The translations under genes and the position numbers were made by a program. From Rhodocyclaceae bacterium (GTDB lineage Bacteria; Pseudomonadota; Gammaproteobacteria; Burkholderiales; Rhodocyclaceae), in contig DATJJR010000011.1 in assembly GCA_035492055.1 (NCBI GenBank), forward strand, positions 12,135 to 76,134: a DNA stretch of 64,000 nucleotides, written 5' to 3'. The notes beneath the pieces are model-generated. The model saw nothing but the letters and a program-made list of their open reading frames with translations, was not told the origin of the DNA and searched no databases. Positions 52,932-61,064 of the stretch are shown here, piece after piece; the stretch's first letter is position 1, and each line of letters begins with the position of its first letter.

Positions 52932-53573
52932 TCAGCGGTAGAGAGTGTTGGTTTGAATATAGTCGAGAACGGCGTCCGGCAACAGGTAACGCGGACTGCC
53001 GCCATGGGCGAGCTGGACACGAATGTTGGTTGCGGAAATGTCGAGTGGCGTCAGGAGCGATGGCACGATACTGCCGGCCGGCGCTTGTCCGAGGCATGAG
53101 GGGTCGGCCGCTGCGCGTTGGGAAAACTGTTTACCCAGCGACGGCGCCATTGCATCGATGCTGAACTCGACACCCGGCCGTGTGAAAACGGCGATGTGCG
53201 CAAGCTCGAAAAGCGCTTCCCAGCGATGCCATTGTGTCAGACCGAGAAAGGCATCGGTACCCAGTAGCAAGACCAGCGGTACGTCACCATATTCGTCACG
53301 TACGCGCTCAAGCATCGGTACCGTATAGCTCGGCTCATTCGACTCGGCTTCGTGCCGGTCCAGCCGGAACGCATCGTTGTCTTCGATCGCCAGTTCAACC
53401 ATGGCCAGGCGATGTTTCGCTTCGGCTTCGGGCTGATTGCGATGCGAGGTGTGTCCTGCCGGACTCCAGATCACGCCTTCGAGGCCGAGCTTCTCGCAGG
53501 CCTCTTCGGCCAAGCGCAAGTGGCCGTAATGCACCGGATCAAAGGTGCCGCCGAAAATACCGATCGGATCCAT
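52932..53573 (-). CDS. nadD: nicotinate-nucleotide adenylyltransferase
   Basis: Start trimmed to MDPIGIFGGTFDPVHYGH (ATG 53573, overlapping the upstream stop by 1 nt). Confidence 0.9.
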   Translation of the reverse strand: MDPIGIFGGTFDPVHYGHLRLAEEACEKLGLEGVIWSPAGHTSHRNQPEAEAKHRLAMVELAIEDNDAFRLDRHEAESNEPSYTVPMLERVRDEYGDVPLVLLLGTDAFLGLTQWHRWEALFELAHIAVFTRPGVEFSIDAMAPSLGKQFSQRAAADPSCLGQAPAGSIVPSLLTPLDISATNIRVQLAHGGSPRYLLPDAVLDYIQTNTLYR

Positions 53574-54328
53574 TACTCCACCGTTTCCGAAAGGTGGAAC
53601 ACGTCGCGGTAGCTGATATACGTGCCAGTCATCAGGATTGGCGTCACCACAACGATGAGCAGGGTCTGCAAGGCAAAAGCCAACACCGTGCTGAAGCTCG
53701 GTACAGCCAGTGCGCCGAGCGTCACGATGAGTCCTGGCAACAGAATGGCGACGGCGATGATGCACAACGCATAGATCATGAACGCGCCGAGATTGCGCCA
53801 GCAGGCAATGATGCTGAAGAAAACGGCCTTGACTGGTGCCACACCATCCCAACCCGTCAGCAGCGGAGCAAACCAGAACGCCAGCATTACGGGTGCGGCC
53901 ATCACGAAGAAGTGCAGCAGCATGATGATCATCTGGCTCAGGCTCGGCACGCTCGTATCCGTGATCGGATTCACGCCGTCAATCAACATCGTCAGTGCCA
54001 CCAGTACCATCGAAGCGGCCACCTGCATCAAGCCAAGGCGCAGCAATTGCGGACGGCGCTCACGCACACCGATGAGCAAGAGTGCACTTTCGGGTTGCCG
54101 ATGCTCCGCCACCATGCGGCAGGCATTGCCCATGACCAGATTGAAGATCGGCAGCAACAGGGGAACGAGGAAAGAACCCAGTACCGGAATGAAGACGTTG
54201 AGGCCAACCACCAGCACCAAATAAAGCATGGTGATGCTGGTCAACAGCGGCGGATTGAGGCGATACAGGGCATACGCGGCCTTGAGCCAGGCGATGCCGG
54301 TGCGGGCGGGCAGATAACGGGCTTGCAT
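53573..54328 (-). CDS. polytopic inner-membrane protein of unknown function
   Basis: Start trimmed to MQARYLPARTGIAWLKAAYALY (ATG 54328, 1-nt overlap with the upstream stop). About 6 hydrophobic segments. Confidence 0.65.
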   Translation of the reverse strand: MQARYLPARTGIAWLKAAYALYRLNPPLLTSITMLYLVLVVGLNVFIPVLGSFLVPLLLPIFNLVMGNACRMVAEHRQPESALLLIGVRERRPQLLRLGLMQVAASMVLVALTMLIDGVNPITDTSVPSLSQMIIMLLHFFVMAAPVMLAFWFAPLLTGWDGVAPVKAVFFSIIACWRNLGAFMIYALCIIAVAILLPGLIVTLGALAVPSFSTVLAFALQTLLIVVVTPILMTGTYISYRDVFHLSETVE

Positions 54329-54687
54329 CAGGATTGTTTGAAGTAAAGCGGTTTGCTTTCGTAAAGCGCCAGCCAGCCCTTGATGATGCGATAGATCATC
54401 CAGACGGCGGTGGCAAAGATAATGACCATACCCACAATGATGAGCCAGGTCAGGCAACCGAGAATGAAACCGGCGCAGCCGCCCCAGAACGTGTTGATCT
54501 GCCAGCGCAGATGTTCTTCGTAGCGCGTGCCGCGCGCATCGTCCCGCTTGACGTAGGCAAGCACGACGGCGATGAGATAGCCAAGACCGCCGGTGATGAA
54601 ACCAGCTGCCAGCAGTGCATAGCCTGCGGTAGCAACGGTTTTCAGAGAATCGGTCGGTTGGTTGGATTGTGGTGTTGAATCGGTCAT
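54328..54687 (-). CDS. small membrane protein (DUF4870-like)
   Basis: Start trimmed to MTDSTPQSN. Three hydrophobic segments and the motif LAYVKRDDARGT..EEHLRWQINTFW. Confidence 0.6.
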   Translation of the reverse strand: MTDSTPQSNQPTDSLKTVATAGYALLAAGFITGGLGYLIAVVLAYVKRDDARGTRYEEHLRWQINTFWGGCAGFILGCLTWLIIVGMVIIFATAVWMIYRIIKGWLALYESKPLYFKQS

Positions 54688-54688
54688 G

Positions 54689-55609
54689 TCAGAGCCACTC
54701 GATGGAGGTTTTTTCCTTGGGAAACTCGATGGCGTCGAACGCCGTATCGCCATCCGGATCGGCGATGCCGGTCGCTTCGATATGCCTGAAGTCGTGCAGA
54801 TCGTGATCCATCAGGTGCGAGGGCACGATGTTACCGAGTGAACGAAACAGGTTTTTGATCCGACCTGGAAAGCGCTTGTCCCAGTCCTGCAGCATGGCCT
54901 TGATGTTCTGGCGTTGCAGGTTTTCCTGGCTACCGCAGAGATTGCACGGAATGATCGGAAACTGCTTGTGGGCAGCCCATGCTTCGAGGTCTTCTTCACG
55001 ACAATAGGCGAGCGGGCGAATCACCACATGCCTGCCATCGTCCGACACCAACTTGGGCGGCATGGCCTTGATCTTCGAACCGAAGAACATGTTGAGGAAA
55101 AGCGTTTGCAGGATGTCGTCGCGGTGATGGCCGAGCGCAATGCGTGTCGCGCCCAACTCGTCGGCAACGCGATAGAGGATGCCGCGCCGCAGACGCGAGC
55201 ACAGCCCGCAGGTCGTCTTGCCTTCAGGTACAACGCGCTTGACGATGGAATAGGTGTCCTGTGTTTCGATGTGGTACGGCACACCGATCTTTTCCAGGTA
55301 CGTTGGCAGCACGTCGGCCGGAAATCCCGGCTGCTTCTGGTCGAGGTTGACGGCAACGATCTCGAAGTCGATCGGCGCGTGTTCGCGCATGTGCAGGAGG
55401 ATGTCGAGCAGGCCGTAGGAATCCTTGCCGCCCGACAGGCACACCATGACCTTGTCGCCGTTGCCAATCATGTTGAAGTCGCCGATGGCCTGGCCGACAT
55501 CGCGACGCAAGCGCTTGGCGAGCTTGTTCGTCTCAAGGCGCGCACGCGCATCCGCAGCACCGCTGGTGGCGGACTCGGTATCGGAGGAAAGAATGGGGGC
55601 AATGCTCAT
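54689..55609 (-). CDS. ttcA: tRNA 2-thiocytidine(32) synthetase
   Basis: 306 aa with PP-loop [10 protein letters not shown] and CGLC/CNLCG cysteine motifs. Confidence 0.92.
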   Translation of the reverse strand: MSIAPILSSDTESATSGAADARARLETNKLAKRLRRDVGQAIGDFNMIGNGDKVMVCLSGGKDSYGLLDILLHMREHAPIDFEIVAVNLDQKQPGFPADVLPTYLEKIGVPYHIETQDTYSIVKRVVPEGKTTCGLCSRLRRGILYRVADELGATRIALGHHRDDILQTLFLNMFFGSKIKAMPPKLVSDDGRHVVIRPLAYCREEDLEAWAAHKQFPIIPCNLCGSQENLQRQNIKAMLQDWDKRFPGRIKNLFRSLGNIVPSHLMDHDLHDFRHIEATGIADPDGDTAFDAIEFPKEKTSIEWL

Positions 55610-55702
55610 GGTGACAACTCAACAACGCGATAACGCAACGTAAAGGCGCATAACGGCGTGCCGCAACGCCAAACCGGCACAGTTTTCGCCAAAACCGGGA
55701 TT

Positions 55703-56701
55703 TTACCGTGCCGCGGCTGAATGCAGGGGTTGTCGTAAATCGTGCTCGATTGCCTTGGCTGCACGTGCACCCTGCGCCAATGCCGCCACCACACTGGGAA
55801 ATTCGGGGTTGCAGACGTCGCCGGCAGCATATACACCGGCCACGCCGGTGCGTCCTGCATCGTCGGTACGCAAATAACCGGATGCGTCAAAAGCAAAATT
55901 CGACGCCAACACGCCAAACATCTCAGTCAATACGTCCGTATTTGGCGCATAACCTGCCAGCACGTGTACACGGTCAACGATGAGGCGCTGTCCATTCGAC
56001 AGCGCTACGTCGATCCCGGCTGGCGTACGCATCAACGCCAGCACACGCGCATGCGCATGGACGTGGCAATTCGACCGCGCAGCCACTTCGTTCTGCAGCG
56101 CCGCTTGCGCACGTGATGCAGCACGCATTACAAGATCAACGGAGGCAGCAGTTTCCGAAAGCAGTCGCGTATTCTCGAAAGCATTGTCGCCACCACCAAT
56201 CACCAACACCCGGCGGCCTGCCAATGCGGCAAGGTCGGTAAACGCCCACGGGCCGTAGACCAGCTCATTAGCAGTCATTGTCGTTGCGCCTTGCACATCA
56301 GACATCACTTCGGTGCTGCGATAACGCGTGCCGGTGGCAATCAGCAAAGCATGGGCCGCGACCTGCCGTTCCGGATTCAATGTGACGCGGAACATGTCGT
56401 CATCGTGTGTAATCCGTGTAACGCGGGTATCAAGCAAGACTTGCGCAGCGCCGGCTGCGACATGCTCGGTAAACCGCGCCGCCAGTTCCGGGCCAGTCAT
56501 GTCGCGCTGGCCAAGCACCCAATCGTTGCCGAGAAAGTCGAGGTTCTGCATGCCGCCAAGGCGATCGGAGGACTCCACCAGCCACGACGCACAGCCCAGG
56601 TTGCGCAGCCACAAGGCTGCCGACAGACCGGCTGGGCCGCCGCCGATAATGCCAACGATGCGCTCGCGCGTTCCTGCGTTCGATTCCGCGCTCAGGTTCA
56701 T
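55703..56701 (-). CDS. FAD-dependent pyridine nucleotide-disulfide-oxidoreductase-fold protein (TrxB-like, no CxxC)
   Basis: 332 aa with IIGGGPAGLSAALWL and a second VIGGGDNAFE dinucleotide fold, then C-terminal GVYAAGDV. No CxxC is present. Confidence 0.8.
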   Translation of the reverse strand: MNLSAESNAGTRERIVGIIGGGPAGLSAALWLRNLGCASWLVESSDRLGGMQNLDFLGNDWVLGQRDMTGPELAARFTEHVAAGAAQVLLDTRVTRITHDDDMFRVTLNPERQVAAHALLIATGTRYRSTEVMSDVQGATTMTANELVYGPWAFTDLAALAGRRVLVIGGGDNAFENTRLLSETAASVDLVMRAASRAQAALQNEVAARSNCHVHAHARVLALMRTPAGIDVALSNGQRLIVDRVHVLAGYAPNTDVLTEMFGVLASNFAFDASGYLRTDDAGRTGVAGVYAAGDVCNPEFPSVVAALAQGARAAKAIEHDLRQPLHSAAAR

Positions 56702-57495
56702 ACGCGGGAAACCAGCTTCTCGATCATGCGGGCCGCCGCCGCCATACCGAAGGTCGACGTCACGGCAACGGATGAGCCATAACCGGCACAGCTCAAACCT
56801 TGCGGGACCTCACAACTCGCGTTCACCGGCCTCTTCAATTGCTCCGGGGAAAACACGCAATCGACGCCAAACTTCTTCTTCGGATCGCGTGTGAAACCAT
56901 AGTCCTTGCGTAACTTCGCACGGACGTTCGAAGCCAGTGCATCCTGAATCGTGCGCGACAAGTCGTCGATCTGAACACGCGTGGGGTCGACACGGCCACC
57001 GGCGCCACCGGTCGTGACGAGTGCAATCTTGTTCCGCTTGCAGTGCGCGATCAGCGCTGCTTTGGCGCGCACATTGTCGATAGCGTCAATCACGCCGTCG
57101 CACGCAGGCAGGAGCAAGCCAACGTTTTCTTCATCGAGAAAATCATCGATCAATGTCATGCGGCAGTCCGGTGCATAAGAGGCGATGCGATGCGCCATGG
57201 CCTCGATCTTGGCCTGTCCCAAGGTGTTGTCCGCTGCGTGAATCTGGCGATTGATATTAGATTCGGCGACATGATCGAGATCGATCAGCGTCAACTTGCC
57301 GACAGCAGAACGCGCCAAGGCCTCTGCGGCCCAGGAACCGACACCGCCAATGCCGATGACACAAACGTGCGCCGCCTGGAGACAGGCAAGCCCGCTTTCG
57401 CCGTACAGGCGCGCAATGCCGCCAAAGCGACGGGCAGGGTCAACGACGGGATCAACTTCAACTTGCTGGGGATTCATGGCGCTGCATGATGGCAC
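56698..57495 (-). CDS. tcdA: tRNA threonylcarbamoyladenosine dehydratase (ThiF/E1-like)
   Basis: 265 aa; RFGGIARLYG...VIGIGGVGSWAAEALARSAVG.LTLIDLD.V..SNINRQ. Confidence 0.85.
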   Translation of the reverse strand: MPSCSAMNPQQVEVDPVVDPARRFGGIARLYGESGLACLQAAHVCVIGIGGVGSWAAEALARSAVGKLTLIDLDHVAESNINRQIHAADNTLGQAKIEAMAHRIASYAPDCRMTLIDDFLDEENVGLLLPACDGVIDAIDNVRAKAALIAHCKRNKIALVTTGGAGGRVDPTRVQIDDLSRTIQDALASNVRAKLRKDYGFTRDPKKKFGVDCVFSPEQLKRPVNASCEVPQGLSCAGYGSSVAVTSTFGMAAAARMIEKLVSRV

Positions 57496-57507
57496 AATGC
57501 CGCCCCT

Positions 57508-58659
57508 ATGAACACCGAATTACCGCAACCCTCCGCCGACGCTGCGGCCGCCAGCCAGGCCCTGCACACGCACATTGCAGCCGAAATTGCCGCGGCCGGC
57601 GGCTGGATCAGTTTCGCCCGTTACATGGAGCTGGCGCTCTATACGCCAGGGCTCGGTTATTACAGCGGCGGTGCGCGCAAATTCGGTGCAGCGGGTGACT
57701 TCGTGACTGCACCGGAGTTGACGCCACTCTTCGCAAGAACGCTTGCCGCGCAGGCCGCGCAAGTCATGACATTGTCCGCGCCGCATATCGTCGAAGCGGG
57801 TGGCGGCAGCGGTGCGCTCGCCGCCGATCTGCTGCTCGCGCTTGAAACGCGTAATGCATTGCCAGAGACTTATTCGATTCTCGAACTGTCGGGCGATTTA
57901 CGTGCGCGGCAGAAAGAAACACTGCAACAACGTGCGCCGCACCTGCTGTCGCGCGTAACGTGGCTAGACACCTTGCCGGAAAAGTTCAGTGGCTTCGTCG
58001 TCGGCAACGAAGTCCTCGATGCCATGCCTGTGCACTTGATCCACTGGGCAGAAGCCGACACAACCGAGCGTGGCGTCATGCTCGATGCGAACGGGCAATT
58101 CGCTTGGCAAGACAAACCACTCCCGCCGGCACTGCAACCCTATGTCGAAGCATTGCCGGTGACGGCGCCGTATCTTTCCGAACTCAACCTCGCTGCACAA
58201 GCCTGGATCGCTGCGTGGGCAGACATCCTCGAACGCGGCGCACTGGTCCTGTCCGACTATGGTTTTCCGCGCCATGAGTACTACCATGCACAGCGCAACC
58301 AGGGCACGTTGATGTGCCATTACCGCCATCATGCGCACGGCGATCCGTTCTGGCTGCCCGGCCTCAATGACATTACGGCCCACGTCGATTTCACGGCCAT
58401 CGCGGAAGCCGGCTTCGAAGCAGGGCTGAACGTTGCCGGCTATCTTTCGCAGGCCGCGTTTCTCATCAATTGCGGCATCACCGATGTGCTTGCGCAAATG
58501 CCGCCCGAAGGAGCCGAATACTTCAGGCAGGCGCGCGCCGTCGAGAAGTTACTGAACCCGGCCGAAATGGGCGAGCTGTTCAAAGTGATCGCCCTCAGCA
58601 AGGACATTGATGTGCCGCTGATCGGCTTTATCAGGGGCGACAAGACGCATACGTTGTAA
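57508..58659 (+). CDS. SAM-dependent methyltransferase, MidA/NDUFAF7 (DUF185) family
   Basis: 383 aa; FARYMELALYTPGLGYYS...GDFVTAPE is typical of the family. Confidence 0.85.
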   Translation: MNTELPQPSADAAAASQALHTHIAAEIAAAGGWISFARYMELALYTPGLGYYSGGARKFGAAGDFVTAPELTPLFARTLAAQAAQVMTLSAPHIVEAGGGSGALAADLLLALETRNALPETYSILELSGDLRARQKETLQQRAPHLLSRVTWLDTLPEKFSGFVVGNEVLDAMPVHLIHWAEADTTERGVMLDANGQFAWQDKPLPPALQPYVEALPVTAPYLSELNLAAQAWIAAWADILERGALVLSDYGFPRHEYYHAQRNQGTLMCHYRHHAHGDPFWLPGLNDITAHVDFTAIAEAGFEAGLNVAGYLSQAAFLINCGITDVLAQMPPEGAEYFRQARAVEKLLNPAEMGELFKVIALSKDIDVPLIGFIRGDKTHTL

Positions 58660-58683
58660 CCCGCTGTGATCGCACGACGCTGA

Positions 58684-59261
58684 TCAGCCTTGTGTCAGGC
58701 GTTGCTCCAGAGCCGCACGCACCTCGGCCCATTCATCATCGATGATGCTGTACCTGATCGATGTGCGCTTGCGTCCGTTCGGCATGATGCGTTCATTGCG
58801 AATCGTGCCTTCCTCCTTCGCCCCGAGACGCAGAATCGCCGCGCGCGAACGCTCATTCAAGACGTCGGTCGTGAACTGAACGCGAACGCATTCAAGTTGT
58901 TCGAAAGCATAATGCAACAGCAGCAACTTGCTTTCCGTGTTGGCCGCCGTCCTTTGCCAGGATCGTGCGTACCAGGTGTGGCCGATCTCCAGCTTGCGAT
59001 TGTCGCGGTCGATCTTCCGAAACGTGTCGAACCGATCACGTGCCCATCCGCGGTGAGGGTGACCACGAACGGCATCACCGAGCCTTCACGTTCACCTTGC
59101 AATGCCTTGGCGATGTACGCCTCTACCGTGTCTGTAGAAGGCACCACCGTAAAAGGCAAATCCCAAAGCACACCATCCGATGCGGCGGCGACAAGCGCAG
59201 GCGCATCGGATGGTGTCAGTGGTCTTAATGTGACCAGCGCACTGCTCAGGGTTGGCGTCAT
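58684..59261 (-). pseudogene. GNAT (RimJ/RimL-like) N-acetyltransferase interrupted by a single frameshift
   Basis: Two overlapping track ORFs (58857-59261 and 58684-58926) read as one protein if 1 nt is restored near 59016-59022: ...ADGHVIGSTRF | RKIDRDNRKLEIGHTWYARSWQRTAANTESKLLLLHYAFEQLECVRVQF... Confidence 0.7.
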
Positions 59262-59620
59262 TTATCCGCCGACGCCGCTGCACCTTCCTCTGCAGGCGCG
59301 GTCTTTGTCGAGCCGGTCACCTTGGAAGCGGCCTTGTTGATTGCATGACCGGTTGCCGTCGCACCACGCTTGACCCCATTCGCGGCCCACTCAACACCAT
59401 GTGCAGTGGCCTTGCCAGCACGCTTCACACCACGCTCGGTGGCCTCTGCGGCATGCTTCGCGCCATGCTCTACCTTCTGGACCACGCCCGGTTTGCTATC
59501 CGCATTGTTCGTTGTACTTGTTGTTCCGGTGCCTGTAGTTTCAGCTTCTCCCGCATAGGCGGCCGTCAGGCAGAACGTGGCAATCAATGCCAGGGTGGTC
59601 GTCGCGATTCTGGTTTTCAT
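59258..59620 (-). CDS. secreted protein with 11-residue repeats, unknown function
   Basis: 120 aa with signal peptide MKTRIATTTLALIATFCLTAAYA, a Thr-rich linker, then five 11-mers (KVEHGAKHAAE/ATERGVKRAGK/ATAHGVEWAAN/GVKRGATATGH/AINKAASKVTG). ATGA overlap with the GNAT start. Confidence 0.6.
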   Translation of the reverse strand: MKTRIATTTLALIATFCLTAAYAGEAETTGTGTTSTTNNADSKPGVVQKVEHGAKHAAEATERGVKRAGKATAHGVEWAANGVKRGATATGHAINKAASKVTGSTKTAPAEEGAAASADK

Positions 59621-59741
59621 GTCAGCACCTCCTGTTGTGGTTTCCGTTCTTCAAGTTTCGCAGAGTTGTTCGATCAGGCATTGCGGATCGAGGATTTTTT
59701 TGTGAGAAAGTATCAAAGTCTCAATAGCCAAATTTAACCTT

Positions 59742-60938
59742 GTGAACGCACCGCTTCATACAGGCTTGTCGCCCGATCCGCGCCGAAAAGGCCAGGTGTT
59801 CACGCCCTCATTTGTCGTGAGTCGGATGCTGGCCTTGCGCCAAAATTACGGACGCGTGCTAGAACCGGCCTGTGGGGATGGTGCATTTCTCAAGGAAGTG
59901 CCGGATGCAGTGGCATTGGAAATCGATCCGGTCATTGCACCTCGCACAGCAACGGTGATGGATTTTTTCGCCTACCCTGAAACGGAAAAGTTCGACACCA
60001 TCATCGGCAATCCGCCTTATGTACGCTCACGCGACATCCTGCCGGAAACCACCGCTCGGCTCACGTCTCGGCTGCTTGACGGCCACGCCAATCTCTATCT
60101 GCATTTCATCGAGAAATGCGTGCGCCACCTCAAGCCCGGCGGTGAGTTGATCTTCATCACACCGCGCGAATTTCTCAAATCCACCGGGGCACGCCGGCTT
60201 AATGTCTGGTTGTTCAGTGAAGGCACGATTACCGATCTCATCGAGCTTGGCGATCAACGCGTATTCCATGAGGCAACGCCCAATTGCGTAATCTGGCGCT
60301 TCGAGCGCAGCAATCATTTGCATCACACGCATGACGGCCGTCGAATGCTGTTGGCGGATGGACAGATATTGGTGGCCCGTGGCGATTACACGGTGCGTGC
60401 CAGCGACATATTTTCCGTTCGCGTCGGTTCCGCTTCCGGGGCCGATGCGGTATTCGAGCATGCAACGCTCGGTGACACCGATTTCGTTTGCTCGCATACG
60501 CGAAAGACGGCGCAGACCCGGCGCATGATTTTCAATGCGGCGGACAATACCTCCGCGCCCGATGCGCTTGCATGGCTGCAGCAGCACAAGGCTCGACTAT
60601 TGGAAAGAAAAGTCCGGCCTTTCGATGAAAGCAACTGGTGGCAATGGGGCCGCGTTCATGCTGCAACCAATGAACCGCGCATTTACGTCAACATGCGCAC
60701 GCGTGAGCAGCAACCTTTTTACCAGCACGCCTGTCGCCACTGGGACGGCACGGTGCTGGCACTTTTCCCACACAAGCGTGACGCAGATATGACGAAATTG
60801 ACAGCCATGCTGAATAGTGTCGACTGGCATGAGCTCGGATTCGTGTGTGATGGCCGCTTTTTATTCGCTCAACGCAGTCTCGAACAAACCTTACTGCCAG
60901 AGGGTTTTCTCGAGTTCGCGGTTTCGGGCGTGGTATAA
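59742..60938 (+). CDS. gamma-class N6-adenine DNA methyltransferase, M.TaqI/Eco57I-like, solitary
   Basis: 398 aa with a GTG start. Motif order is FTP...VLEPACGDGAF (motif I) then IIGNPPY (motif IV). Length and C-terminal half are comparable to M.TaqI. Confidence 0.8.
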   Translation: MNAPLHTGLSPDPRRKGQVFTPSFVVSRMLALRQNYGRVLEPACGDGAFLKEVPDAVALEIDPVIAPRTATVMDFFAYPETEKFDTIIGNPPYVRSRDILPETTARLTSRLLDGHANLYLHFIEKCVRHLKPGGELIFITPREFLKSTGARRLNVWLFSEGTITDLIELGDQRVFHEATPNCVIWRFERSNHLHHTHDGRRMLLADGQILVARGDYTVRASDIFSVRVGSASGADAVFEHATLGDTDFVCSHTRKTAQTRRMIFNAADNTSAPDALAWLQQHKARLLERKVRPFDESNWWQWGRVHAATNEPRIYVNMRTREQQPFYQHACRHWDGTVLALFPHKRDADMTKLTAMLNSVDWHELGFVCDGRFLFAQRSLEQTLLPEGFLEFAVSGVV

Positions 60939-61064
60939 ACAAGCCCGTATTGTTTTCTCCGGCTGCCATGCAGATTAAACAATACGGCTTGAAATTTTGC
61001 GGACTGTCCGCATCTGCGCGCACACTGTCTTTTTTATCGCTGCTCTCGGCAACGATCACACACT

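Noticed and set aside
53234-54346. 370-aa plus-strand ORF rich in His/Arg/Gln
   Set aside because: Antisense to nadD and the membrane protein genes.
58684-59620. Small protein plus GNAT as a GNAT-type toxin-antitoxin pair
   Set aside because: The small protein has a signal peptide and repeats, not an RHH/HTH antitoxin fold. The GNAT is RimJ/L-like rather than TacT-like, and it is frameshifted.
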